A program made the translations under genes and the position numbers. Below are positions 1 to 13,388 of a stretch of 64,000 bases of DNA, piece after piece; positions within the stretch are counted from its first letter, which is position 1, and the number at the start of each line of letters is the position of its first letter. Under the pieces are notes generated by a model. The model ran no database searches and was not told where the DNA came from. It saw nothing but the letters and a program-made list of their open reading frames with translations. This stretch comes from Octopus vulgaris. Lineage: Eukaryota. The stretch lies in contig OX597823.1 in assembly GCA_951406725.2 (NCBI GenBank), positions 61,318,001 through 61,382,000 on the forward strand, read 5' to 3'.

Positions 1-319
1 GTGATGATACTGGTGATTGTAATGAGAGTAGGGTGGCAGCAGTTGGTGGCAGGTAGTGGTGACAGTGCTGGTTAGTATAGCGTACTTAGAGAAAACAGAC
101 AGGTAGTTAACAAGATAGATTGATTGATACAGCCAGGCAGATAGATTGTTACCTGCATACATTAATAGAGAAATAGATAGGTTTGTAAAGAGAGCAATAC
201 ATCAATACATATATAAGATTGTACAAATATAGTATCAACCCACACAAATGCATATATATGTGCGTACATATAAATATATAAATGTATATATGCATACACA
301 TATACATATAGACCTTCAT

Positions 320-410
<91 letters not shown>

Positions 411-423
411 ATATTGTATATAT

Positions 424-458
<35 letters not shown>

Positions 459-602
459 ATGTATTTTTATGCTCAATGTAAATTCATTTGTCTATATATA
501 TATATATAAATAACTAAATGCCTGTGCATATCTGATTATCTTCTGAATATATTTAGTTACACATATCTATTTCTCTCTATATATCTATATGCTGTGTGTG
601 CA

Positions 603-649
<47 letters not shown>

Positions 650-661
650 ATGTATATATAT

Positions 662-1006
662 ATATGGCCATTGCCAGCCCCGCCCCGACTGGCCTCTGTG
701 CCGGTGGCACGTAAAAAGCACCATCTGATTGTGGCCGTTGCCAGCCTCGTCTGGCCCCCGTGCTGGTGGCACATAAAAAGCACCATCCGATCGTGGCCGT
801 TTGCCAGCCTCGTCTGGCACCTGTGCAGGTGGCACATAAAAAGTACCCACTACACTCTCGGAGTGGTTGGCGTTAGGAAGGGCATCCAGCTGTAGAAACA
901 CTGCCAGATCGGACTGGGCCTGGTGCAGCCTCCTGGCTTCTCAGACCCCAGTTGAACCGTTGAACCCATGCTAGCATGGAAAACGGACGTTAAACGATGA
1001 TGATGA
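662..1006 (+). mobile_element. SINE-like repeat family B (internal ~60-bp tandem units, (GAT)n tail)
   Basis: Three internal units ending GGTGGCAC(G/A)TAAAAAG(C/T)ACC, then GGCGTTAGGAAGGGCATCCAGCTGTAGAAAC and tail CATGCTAGCATGGAAAACGGACGTTAAACGATGATG. Reverse-complement copies at ~30540-30850 and ~44140-44435. Confidence 0.75.
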
Positions 1007-1012
1007 TATATA

Positions 1013-1045
<33 letters not shown>

Positions 1046-1059
1046 ATATATATATATGG

Positions 1060-1114
<55 letters not shown>

Positions 1115-1118
<4 letters not shown>

Positions 1119-1413
1119 TTTAATAGGGAAGGCTGGGGGTTTATGGGATTACCCATAAAGGGTTTAGCTTTATTGCCTATCGTCAGACCCCCAAAACCTG
1201 TTGACCTTAGAGCTCTTCAAAATATGGAGGGGAAAAAAAAACCTCACTATGAAGATAAAAAATATCTTTGTAGTGGGGCTTTTCCCCCTACATATTTTGA
1301 AGAGATTTTAGCCCAACAGGTTTTGGGGGTCTGATAATATGTGATAAAGCTAAACCCTTTATGGCAGAAAACCCAGGGTAATCCCATAAACCGGCCTTCC
1401 CCATTAAAATATA
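1115..1413. repeat. Fold-back inverted repeat (~145-bp imperfect arms)
   Basis: TCAGACCCCCAAAACCTGTTG pairs with CAACAGGTTTTGGGGGTCTGA; TTTATGGGATTACCC pairs with GGGTAATCCCATAAA; centre near 1260. Confidence 0.85.
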
Positions 1414-1467
1414 CTCTGCTCTACATCTTGGAGTGTGCTTCTTCTCCAGATTTATGTTTTCTGCATA

Positions 1468-1515
<48 letters not shown>

Positions 1516-1537
1516 ACATACATATACACACATGCAT

Positions 1538-1568
<31 letters not shown>

Positions 1569-1726
1569 ATATATATCTATATATCTATGTATATCTATGT
1601 ATACATATATATGTATATGTATATCTTTATCTATCTATCTATCTCCACATATATATATTCATATCATCATTATCATCATCATTTAACATCCTCTTTCCAT
1701 GTTGGCACGGGTTGGACATATGTATA

Positions 1727-1772
<46 letters not shown>

Positions 1773-1840
1773 TATATACATATATATGCATATATATATA
1801 TATATATATATATACGTGCGTGCGTCACACACTCACACAT

Positions 1841-1888
<48 letters not shown>

Positions 1889-3136
1889 GTACATACACAG
1901 ATGCACTAGTGGTCACTTAAGTACTTGTCAATACATCATAATGGCAGAAATACAAATCTTAAGCTACAGAATCAGTAAAATCAGTTATAAAATGCTTTTT
2001 AAATTGTCCAATCTCAAAGTGAAATGCAATTCCTCACCCCTGACTGCATCTCTCTTTGGCAAGCATTAGACTCTTCTGCTGACCAAAGTTACTATAGAGC
2101 AATTACTTATTATAGCAGAAAAACTTAGTTGAATACCATTATTTTAGTCTTGTCATTATCAGTGGAAGGATAAATGAAAACTCTAGATTTATTTCGTCTC
2201 GCAAAGTGCGGAGGTGTAATGGTAGGGTAACCCCCCACTTCCACATACACACACACACACTCACACATATACACATACATACATGCACACACACAAAAAA
2301 AAACTGAAAGAAGACAAAAAGAAAAGTAAGAAGAAATTGATTAAAAAGTAGTTGATTTGTCGGTTAGATATGAAATCTGCAGGAGATATTGGGAAATACT
2401 TAAAAGTTAGCAGATTAAAGAAGTGGTATCAAAATAAAGGATAACAAAACAAAAAAAAATGGGAGAGAGAAAGAAAAAATATGAGGACAGCAGACAGATA
2501 GATAATAGGGCAATTGAAGATACACAAATGTGAATGTGATGGGGATTGAGTAATATAAGCGATTTAATCTTTAAATGTTTATGTCAGCAGATTAGACGCA
2601 TAGAAATAAATATATGAAAGACAGACAGACAGACAGTTGCTAATATCACTGCTTTTGTTGGAAGAGTATGGGAAAACAAGATACAAATAAATGTAGAATG
2701 AAATAAAATAAAAATAAAACAGAATAAAATAAAATATCTAAGACCAATGTTGACAGAATTATCACTTGAACTAGTGTGAGATTGATAGTCTAGTCAGAAA
2801 ATGACACGTATGCCTACCTCTTGGTCATTTGGTTGGAAAGATGCCAGTCTGTCACTTTGTATCCCCTGGGAGATGTCCTTTCACAAACTCATGTCTGGTC
2901 ACATAATTTCAGCATCAAATACATTCACTTTGGTATTTTGTATCCAATTCATCTTAAATCTAATATAGATTTATAGACTAACACTTGTTTATAGTAATAT
3001 ATCACACCAGACTACAGCTAACAAATGTCTTTATATCCATACAACTATAGATGTATGCGCACATGCATACATACTTTTTATACATACATACACATACATA
3101 CATATATATATAAATATGTGTGTGTGTGTGTGTAAA

Positions 3137-3169
<33 letters not shown>

Positions 3170-3976
3170 ATATATATTATATATATATATTTATGTGTGT
3201 GTGTGTATGTATATTATCTGTATATGGTCTTCATAAAATACATTTTTTTACATATCTCTGTAAACATAATATCTACACATAAATCTATTGACATACATAA
3301 ACAATGTTTTTTTTATGTAAAAAGATTGTAAACCCATAAAAGCAATATCTATGTCTGCATACATACATACATACATACATACATACATACATACATACAT
3401 ACATACATACATACATACATACATACATACATACATACATACATACATACATACATACATACATACATGCATACATACATATATACATACACATACATAC
3501 ATACATGCATACATTTATATAAATATATACACACACACACACACACATATATACATATGCAAACACAGGTATGTACATGTTAGTATGTACTGGCATGTAT
3601 ATATGTATGTATGTATATATGCATGTATGTATGTATATATGCATATGCACACACATATATTTACATACATTTGCAAATGTATGTATGTGTTTGTGTGTGT
3701 GTGTGTGTGTGTGTAGTGCGATGTGTAAAGTTTAGGAAGACTTGTTCTGTCTTTTCAGAAACATAACAGCCTCTCTAGTGTTGATGTCATAGAAAAGTAC
3801 ACCAAGTACACCAAGTACACCTTATAAAGTAAGACAATGTCAGAAAGGGTATCCAGCCATGGAAACCAACCATCAAAAATTTCCCTTATATATCAGATAT
3901 CAGACATGGTCCCCCCCCCGACTAGCCAGCAGAGTAGCAGATCATCATCATCATCATCATTATTATAATCACCACC

Positions 3977-4049
<73 letters not shown>

Positions 4050-5200
4050 CTATCGTTATCGTCGTCATCATCATCATCCTCAACATCATCTTAACGTCCA
4101 GTTTTCCATGCTTGCATGGGTCAGAAGGTTGTTATTGATGCAGATTTACTGATGCCTTTCCTGTTCTAGCAGAATATTGAGAATGAGTGATACTCCTTTT
4201 ACAATTACTATGTGATGTCAAGACAAAGAGGCACAAACATAGGACACTCACTTTCACACACACACACATAAATCTATGTATGTGTGTGCATATATATATA
4301 CTACATATGTGGGAAATTCTGTCTGTGGGTGTATTTCTGGAGTTGTTAGCTAACTCCTCCTACATCGTTTTATCAGTTTTGATGAAATTTGACACATGAG
4401 TAGAACTGACGACTGGAAAGCTCATGGTATACTCAGATTGTTGGAAAAAAAATCGATAATAGGGCCCCTGGAAGGGATCCTTTTATATATGTCTAATATA
4501 TTTTATTTTAAAAGCCTAGGGAAATTACCCATTTCCCCCAGAATGGATCCTTATATACAGCCAAGGGAAATAACTTATTCATATTCCTAAATTATTTGGT
4601 AAAAGTGAAATTGAGCATGCTTATTTCTTAGTATTTGAACTGTTAGTTGTTTTTGCAATTTATCTAGTACAACCCTTAAACAAGTAAATAGTAATTTCGT
4701 AAACAATAGATCCACTTATTTTGGTTAGTGGCCTATTCACGAATATACCAACACTAGCGCCCTTGAGGGTAATATTCTCTGGGAATGCGCAAAAGGCTTT
4801 TTCAGAGTTATTTATTTTGAATTGTTATTATCTCATATCTGATTAGCCTGTTATTATGTAACATGCTTCATGATTTTAGTATACATACCTTATTAGTATT
4901 TCTTCCTATGTTCTTTATACTCTGGGAACACATTAAAGCCCCTTTCAGTGCTACTTTATTTGAATTCATACTATCGGGTAACTAGTTTCATGTTATTACA
5001 TAACTGACTTTACAATTTGGGTATTCATAACTTATTGGGAATTCCTAAAAACAAGATCCTGTGTAAGACAGTTTGGTATTTTCTGTAAATGCACAAAAAC
5101 CATTTTATGGGCTACAGGCTACATACTTTGTATTGTTGTTATTGGATTAGTGAAATAATTATGAGAACAGAACGAAGGGATAAGCCCCGCTTTCCTGGGA

Positions 5201-5368
5201 ATTACCACTAAGAAAAAATGTTCTCAAGAAAATTTTAGCAAATGCCAGAATGTAAGTGAGCAAAACACATGAAGAGAAACAAGCTAGATCTCTTTTCATT
5301 TGTCTTACTCACTTACATTCTGGCATTTGCTAAAATTTTCTTGAGAACATTCTTTTCTTAGTGGTAAT
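5201..5368. repeat. Fold-back inverted repeat (~77-bp arms, short loop)
   Basis: AATGTTCTCAAGAAAATTTTAGCAAATGCCAGAATGTAAGTGAG is the exact reverse complement of CTCACTTACATTCTGGCATTTGCTAAAATTTTCTTGAGAACATT. Confidence 0.9.
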
Positions 5369-5544
5369 ACCATAGCGGATCTACTTCTAGCATATGGATG
5401 TCCACGTAGTGGTCATCCCCCTTATATGTAAGTATCATTATTTTTTCTGTATCTTCAGATTTTAATATGCTAGACCACTTGTTTTAAATTGATATTAATC
5501 AAATTAATATTCAATTTTTGACCCTTATTATTTAAAATTTATAT

Positions 5545-5598
<54 letters not shown>

Positions 5599-5745
5599 GT
5601 CATCAACGTTTAATGTCCGTTTTCCATGCTAGCATAGACGAATTAGGTACTTAAGTTGAGATACCAGAATTTAATACGGTATTATACATACAGTTTGAAA
5701 ATAAGGTGATTAAAATCAAAATAAGCAACAGGATATCCCGAGGTA

Positions 5746-5833
5746 ATGCAGTACAATCGTTTCAAGGGACTCCATTTAATTCAACAATGCAACCATTACA
5801 TAAATTTAAATGCAGAGCAATCCTCAGCTGCAT
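5746..5833 (-). ncRNA. Type-I hammerhead ribozyme motif (base of stem II decayed)
   Basis: Minus strand: AUGCAG-CUGAGGA-[long stem II]-GAAA-CGAUUG-UA-CUGCAU. 6-bp stem I, near-palindromic stem III, GUA triplet. Confidence 0.65.
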
Positions 5834-6767
5834 AAATACATAGAATTAAATTAAATTAAAACAGATGGACTCAATAGTATAGTTTTATCTAAAATCTCAA
5901 AGAAGTTAAGGAGATAGACAAAGAACATGCTTTCTTCACTTCAGCTTAGAAGCTACTAAGGTATCAGGAAGAAAGAGTTGTAAGAGATCTAGCTTGTCAC
6001 ATAGATATATATATATATATATAAAATAAATAATATAATATATATATACACATGCATATATGGGTACAGGACGTCATCAACGGTGCAAATAATATGAAAT
6101 ACGTAAACAACAAGGAACAAAGGAAAAACAGGACAAGTTAATACCGAAAAAGGACCCTTCATCAGTTGTCAGTCGTCTATCTACAGCTCATTTTGAGACA
6201 TATGTATGTATAAATATATATATCTATATATATATATATATATACATACATACATATATATCTATTTATACATACATACTTATATAAATATTTATATATG
6301 CATATATACATGTATATATACATATATATCTATGTATATATTTATACATACATACACACAGACATATATGTATATGCAGACATGGCATAATGGTTAAAAA
6401 TGTTTGCATTGCAACCATTAGATCCCAGTTTCAAACCCATTGTTTGACAACTTGAGCAAATGTCATTTGCATGCATTTAGATCTACCTAAATTTCATGAG
6501 TAGAACTGCATAGACAGAAATTGTTTAGGAACCCATGAAATGGACACTATCCTGTAACTGTAATTCAACGGTCTGGTCTAGTCACACTGTTTCATATACA
6601 TCTGAGGCGCATTCAACCACTTTGCATACTAATTCTTTCATGAGCCATTCAGTTGATCACAAACAACTGGAAACTACATGTATATTTATGTCTCTGTGTG
6701 CATAAATTTATGACAATATGTCTGTTAACATATTTACATATATATATATAGACCCACACACACACAC

Positions 6768-6827
<60 letters not shown>

Positions 6828-6856
6828 CATATATACACACATATATATATAGATAG

Positions 6857-6925
<69 letters not shown>

Positions 6926-7465
6926 TATGCATGTATGTATGTATACAATAACATGAATAAATTTTGAGTAGTTATACTGAAAATACTTTTTCCATGCAAG
7001 GTGATTAGCAACTGAGCTCAATGAAAGTAGAAAACAATGAGATTTCGATCAATATATAGACAATGATATATAAGTGCATGTAATATGAAGAGACACTTGA
7101 AAATAAAGTGAAGCCAGATATTGAAATAAGTATATCTATATGTATACAATGTAATCAATCTCCAGACGCTGTCGCTGGCTCTCTGATACTCGGCAAAGAC
7201 TGAACATGCACAGAGCTCTGCATATACATACAAACACATGCAGATACATACAAACACATGTACAGACATAAATGCACACACACACATACAAACACACTGC
7301 ATATATGCATATGTATATATACATATATACTTACGCACACACACACACATAAGTAATACATATACTTATGTATTATATATACATACACTATCACAGACAC
7401 AGACACAAATACACATATATATCTATGTAAAAGTTCAAAGAAACGATGTACAGCCACAGCAAGCA

Positions 7466-7514
7466 TCTATCTTTCTTGTTCTCTGTCTATTTATCTAACT
7501 CTCTGTCTATCTAT

Positions 7515-7553
<39 letters not shown>

Positions 7554-7584
7554 ACTATTATCTATCTATCTATCTATCTATCTA
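7466..7584. repeat. (TCTA)n microsatellite, left flank of Tx1 LINE
   Basis: Directly visible; the matching tract resumes at ~12225-12296. Confidence 0.9.
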
Positions 7585-8391
7585 AACAACAACAACAGCC
7601 ACAGGAAAAACCACAAAAACCAGCATTATTGCCCACACCACAGTATGGACGGCTAATCAAGAAGCTATATGCAGAAATGCATGAAAAGCAACAAAGAACG
7701 GACCAACCCAACCAAACAACACCACCACCTGCGCCAAGAACAGAATCATCACCACCAACAACAACCAAACCAATTCCAACACCGAGAACAACAACGAAGA
7801 AGACAAGCACCAAGGATGTAGGAGAGACAATCACCACACCAAACCCCCCAGCAACACCCCCCGCACACCACAACAATATCTACAACCGCACAAACAGACC
7901 CAGATGCTTTGCCCTTACTCCCTTCTGAATCGTCAGACTTTTCATCTAACGATGAAAGTTCGACAGTATGGCAAATAGCCATCGGGTGTAAAAGAAAAAG
8001 ATTAAAAAAAACAAACAAGAAAACGCAACCAGAGCAGGGAGATACCTGAACCCTGAAAGCTCCATACACAACCAAACAAGCACCAACACCACAAAAACAC
8101 ACACAATGCTATCAGCGATAGACACCAAAGACTCCAAACTAATGGAGTACATCACAGCCCACACAAACATCTGTGAAGATGACTTCAAAACTAACAACCA
8201 TCCACGCACTACACCACCCAAACACATCAAAATACTACACATTACACAAACACAACACCACACACTCAAAGCCCTCTTTCCAAATGCGGTTGGGGGGGTT
8301 TCAAAAATACCTTTCGAAAAAACTCTATAAAAACCTCCTCCAAGACACATCAAAGGACGAGGAAGCCAAAACTTTCGACACAAGAAAGTAA
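7585..8391 (+). pseudogene. Disrupted C-terminal remnant of LINE ORF1 (Pro/Thr/Gln-rich)
   Basis: Broken frames (PQKPALLPTPQ..., MEYITAHTNIC...) lying immediately upstream of the ORF2 ATG at 8442. Confidence 0.55.
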
Positions 8392-8441
8392 CTCTCTGTA
8401 CCTTCCTTTTTGTGTTTTAAAGCACACCCCCCAATAGAATC

Positions 8442-11400
8442 ATGGTCAAGATTGGTTGTGTGAATGCGCGTGGCTTGGGGTCTCCTTGGAAACAAGGATA
8501 CCTCCTAAATGACATCAAGTCACACGATTTGGAGACCAGACTCCACGAGCCACGTGCCCTAAAGTCCATGTTTGGCGGACAGTTTAACATTTATTTTGCT
8601 CCCTATCTGCCGAGGATGGGCGGTAGTGGCACCGTGGTACTTTTTCACAAGAGCCTGGATCTCGAAGTCAAGACGATATTCGAAGACCCGGAGGGTAGAC
8701 TGGTCGTTCTGGATGTCGACGGCAGCAATGGGTGAGCTTTTCGACTCGTATCAGTCTACGCACCGCCTTTAACAGGTCGGCCGAATTTCTTTCGACGTCT
8801 AGAATTATTCCTGGGAACGTCTCGTCCTTTACTTTTAGTGGGGGATTGGAATGCTACCTTGGACACGCATCTAGACTATGTGGGGAGAGACAAAAACAGA
8901 AGGGGATGCAAATGCCTCAGAGACCTGCTCAGACGATTCCAACTGTCTGACAGGTACCGACTCGACCACCCAAATGCACCAACGTGGACATGGAGCAACC
9001 GCAGTGGGTCGTCGAGATCGTATCTAGATAGGATACTGTGTAGGATAGTAGACAGGGATAACTTAGGATGTCCACAATTCCACACAGTCAGCTACACGGA
9101 TCACAAATTCGTGACGTGTACGCTAGACTTAAATAAGGCACATAGACAGGGTCCTGGTTACTGGAAACTGAACGCATCTTTCCCGTCCAGACAGGTTTTC
9201 AGAGACAGAATCAACACGTTAGTAAAAAGGGCTTTAACGGGAGCCATTGTCAACAACAAATGGTGGTTCGCCCTCAAGAGAGCAGTAAAAGCGGAAGCAA
9301 TTAGATATAGCAAGGCACTAGCCGTAGATAGAAATAGAGTGGAGGGTGAGTTAGTTAAGAAGTTGGAAGAGGCAATAAGAAGCGGCATCACATCCGACGT
9401 TTTAGCGGCGAGGTTGGCCCTTGACCAACACTTCAACGCCAAACACGAAGGGTGTGCTGTCAGGGCTAGGATGCGTGCTCTAAGGATGGAAGGTGTTGGA
9501 GCCGCGAGGAGGCCCGGGTGGCGGAGGCGCAGCAGAGCAACAAAGCCACCATTCGGTCTCTGGTAGATGAACAAGGGCGCGAATTGCTCGAGCCCAGCAA
9601 GATGTGCGAGACATTTCAGCGGCACTTTGCCCGGCTGTACGGGATGAGTGGCGAGCGTGAACGCAGGGTGAACTTCAGTGCCTACCTGCACAGCCTACCA
9701 CGACTCTCGGCAAGGGAGGCAGAGTGCTGTGAAGGTGCCATCACGGCGGCGGATGTGCGGGACGTGATGGCAGAATGCTCGTGCGACAAATCGCCGGGTT
9801 TGGATGGTCTGCCCTACGAGTTTTACAATTGTATGCCAGACTTGTTTGAAGACGTCTTGGCAGCGGTATACTGCAACTGGCAGCAAAACGGGAGCATACC
9901 CGGTTTTGTGAGTCGAGGAGCCGTAACGCTGCTGAAGAAAAATCCAAACAAGGGGAACATTATAGATAACTTTAGACCAATCACTCTGCTCAATGCAGAC
10001 CTGAAAATTTTGACCAAGGTGTTAGCCAAGAGGTTGGCGCTTGTCATCGAGAAACTGGTCGACAACGCACAAACGTGCGCCGTGCCGGGCCGGAGCATCC
10101 ATGACAACCTCCATCTGATGCGTTACATCATAGACAGAGTAGTTAAGGAACCTGGCATGGGTGGGGCCCTGATCAATTTGGATCAATCGAAAGCCTTCGA
10201 TAGGGTAGACCATCGATACTTGGAGGCAGTCCTGAGAGCGGCTGGTTTCGGTCCCGTCTTCCGCGGCTGGATAGCTGCCTTGTACAGAGGCATCCGTTCG
10301 GTAATTCGCGTAAATGGACATCTATCGAGACCTTTCGACATTGCACGTTCGGTGCGTCAGGGATGCCCCCTCTCGGCGTTTCTATACGTATTGACTCTCG
10401 AGCCACTACTGCAGAAGCTGGCGACTCTGAGGGACATCCCGCGAGAATTGGGATGCGGGACGACCGTGTCTGCATATGCGGACGACTTCACCGTCACAGT
10501 GTCAAGCCACGAGCACATTGAGCTGGTCGGCGAGACACTGAAAGACTACGAAGCGGTGACAGGAGCAAAAATCAACCGGGAAAAGTCAGTGGGCTTGCGG
10601 CTCGGCACCTGGAGAAGCAAGCCCATGCCGTCCACCAGTACCTCCGTCGTGGGACGCTGGACGGACGGCCCGGTTGAGTTGCTCGGGTCTGGTTCGGTCC
10701 GGACCTCCAAATGGAGAAGAACTGGAACAAGATAACGAGTAGGGTGGTCACTCTCGCCCGGCAATGGGCCAAGAGGAAACTGTCCCTAAAAGGTCGGGCG
10801 GAGGTGGCGAACACGTACATCACGTTCATCATCTACTACCGCCTGACCGTCGTACCTTGTCCCGACCCTACCATCACCAAACTAGAACGCATTCTCTTCC
10901 GCTTCTTGTGGAAAGGATGCGTCCTGATGGTCAGGCGATCCATTTGCTGTCAACACCCGTTAAAAGGAGGGTGGGCATGCCGTGGTTGATGATGCGCAGA
11001 TACGCGCTGAGACTGCGACATCTCCGGCTCTATGTAGACGACGGTGAACAGGTGTGGTCGCCGTTTGTGAGGCACGCGTTCCCGCAGCTCGTCTCCATGA
11101 CCGAACTGCAGTCGTGGATCAAAAAGAGGCCGAGGAAGGGCGAATGGCACCGCGAGTGCCGCGTTGCTCTCAAACAACTCTGCCGTCCCGGGTTGACCTT
11201 GAGTGACTTCAACACAACCAAAGCATTCTATAGGGGATTAGTGGAGGGGAGGTACGACGACGATCTTGGGGCAAACCTGGGCGTCGACGAGGAATACCTG
11301 ACCCGCCTGTTTGAAACGACTTTCAGGCCGGGACCTATGGACAACTTCCAGAGATCCCTGGCCTGGCAGTGCTACCGAGAAGCGCTACCCGTTCGAGATA

Positions 11401-11855
11401 AGCTATATATGCATGGCTCGAGGAACACGGGGCCGACCTGCCCGAGATGCAGGCAGAGCGACGAAACCGTTCTGCACGCAATCGTGCAGTGTCCAACAAT
11501 CTCCGACCTGTGTGCTTATATCGAACGACTGCTGTCACGTGTGGGACGTGTCGGTTTATCAGCCGAGTCTATCGTTAATATCGTCACACCTCCTTCCTTC
11601 AAACGGGAAGGAAGAGCTATTTTTATCATACTTGTGACTATGGCGAAAGAATGTATCTGGTGGACGCGCCTGAAAGGATTAGAGACAAACACTTTCCTCT
11701 CTGGTCAATATCTCAACTTCTTCAAGTATCACTTGAAGAGGAAAGTCAGAGTAGAGAGGCAAGTGTTGCCTAGTGAATGTTTTAAAAAAAGATGGGTGAA
11801 TGTAGCAAGGATGGCACGTATGAATGATGAAGCCACCTTGACTATGATCCTATGA
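8442..11855 (+). pseudogene. LINE ORF2: AP endonuclease + reverse transcriptase + CCHC finger, inactivated
   Basis: Endonuclease motifs CVNARGL, GDWN, SYLDRIL, TDHK; RT motifs KSPGLDGLP, FRPITLLNADLKI, LDQSKAFDRVDH, VRQGCPLS, YADD; C-terminal CPRC...H....C. In-frame TGA at 8733-8735 and frameshifts near 9515, 10690 and 10970. Confidence 0.92.
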
Positions 11856-12224
11856 ACCGTAAAAATTAAGACAGAGAGTTGCTTATTTGTAAAAAAAAAT
11901 ATAACCTGTGACTTCATTGACCGAGGTTACCGTGGGCTTTTCCGTAGGCTTTTCTTTCCACGGGTAAACCTCACCTGTCCTCCCCTTTACACTTTATATT
12001 GACATTTCTGTGATAACGATCCCTATTGATCAATTTTTTCCTTTCCCTTTCTTTTCCTTTCCCTTTTTTTTAAAACTTTATCCCCCCCTTTTTTGTCCTC
12101 TTTCTTTCCTTTTACGATCCCTTTTGATCGAAAACCAAACCCCCTTTTTTTACCCCCAAAAGAAAAGCTCTACCTTGTAATTTGTCCTGTCTGTGTGCAG
12201 CCCTTTGTGGCTAATAAAGAAACA

Positions 12225-12337
<113 letters not shown>

Positions 12338-12605
12338 GTATGTATGTATGTACATATGCATGTATGTATATCTGTATATAAGTATTATTGTTGCGCAGAT
12401 GGACATTTATGAGTATGACGGTGTGACTAAGAAATTTGCTTGCCAAACCACTTGGTTTCACGTTCAATCTCACTTAATAGCACTTTGAACTAAAGTCTTC
12501 TTTTAGAGCCTCAGGCTAACCAAATGCATTTGGTAGATGTAAACTGAATGAAGTCCAACACACAGACACATATATATATTTATATGTGAATATATGTAAA
12601 TATGG

Positions 12606-12669
<64 letters not shown>

Positions 12670-12670
12670 G

Positions 12671-12893
12671 TATCTGTAAATGTAATATGTGACAATTATT
12701 CAGTAGCCATGATAAAACTCTGAGTTTTGGATGCTGAGGTGGAAATCCACACCACCATCTCTTCAGTTATCCGGACATTGGAAAAATACTATGAAAAATG
12801 ACGAGATGGCGGTGTGGATATCCACCTCAGCGTCTGAAACTCAGAGTTTTATCATGGCTACCGAATAATTGTCACATATTACTTTTACAGATA
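12671..12893. repeat. Fold-back repeat carrying two opposed hammerhead-like motifs (Penelope pLTR-like)
   Basis: ~95-bp inverted arms with a ~35-nt loop; a related copy lies at ~32962-33152. Confidence 0.8.
12711..12771 (-). ncRNA. Type-I hammerhead ribozyme motif, G12 mutated
   Basis: GAUAA-CUGAAGA-GAUG...CAUCC-aAAA-CUCAGAG-UU-UUAUC. 5-bp stem I and palindromic stem III. Sister copies at ~12798-12853 (+) and ~33067-33126 (-) retain GAAAC. Confidence 0.6.
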
Positions 12894-13042
12894 AATTCCT
12901 CTATTTACATAATATCGAGGTCTCTTTAATTCTTTTGTTGTCTTACCATTTTTATCAATATATATATATATATATTATTCATGAACAAGAATATTATTGA
13001 CAGTGACTTTGTAGTTTTGGCCTGCTAAACCATCATTGACCA

Positions 13043-13087
13043 GTAGTCTGATGATTGCTTAGCTAACTGAAACTTTCAAGTCACTAT
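13043..13087 (+). ncRNA. Minimal type-I hammerhead ribozyme motif (weak stem II)
   Basis: GUAGU-CUGAUGA-UUGCUUAGCUAACU-GAAA-CUUUCAAG-UC-ACUAU; GUC triplet. Sits in the right arm of a fold-back at ~12973-13114. Confidence 0.6.
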
Positions 13088-13388
13088 CAGTAGCATTCTT
13101 GTTTAAGAATAATAAATTTGTACTCTAATGAAAAGTGTAGAGTAACCTATAAGATTAATGCAAAACTGTTCTTATCATAATTGAACATAAAACCAAACAT
13201 TTGTGTGTATGTGTGTGTGTGCGTGCGTGTGTGCATGCGTGTGTGTGTGTGTGTGTGTGTATGTGTGTGTGTATAAGATGGCTGTTGACTCATTAATCAA
13301 GTATGACTTTTCTCAACACCATCACTGACAGGGTGATGCATACATTTAGGCACTATCTAGTTAAAAAGCAACAACATACAGACTTGTA

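Larger units (their letters stand above)
7585..12223 (+). mobile_element. Tx1-clade (L1 group) non-LTR retrotransposon, 5'-truncated within ORF1
   Basis: GC-richer block with a Pro/Thr-rich ORF1 remnant, an APE-RT-CCHC ORF2, and a pyrimidine-rich 3' UTR ending AATAAAGAAAC. (TCTA)n on both sides. Confidence 0.9.

Noticed and set aside
3859-4152. Poly-His ORF
   Set aside because: (CAT)n/(CAC)n tract lying between decayed family B repeat pieces.
6060-6200. CTGATGA on the minus strand as a hammerhead
   Set aside because: No downstream GAAA, stem III or cleavage triplet could be placed.
8733-8735. Programmed readthrough of the TGA in LINE ORF2
   Set aside because: More simply a point mutation (possibly CGA to TGA); the same ORF also has several frameshifts.
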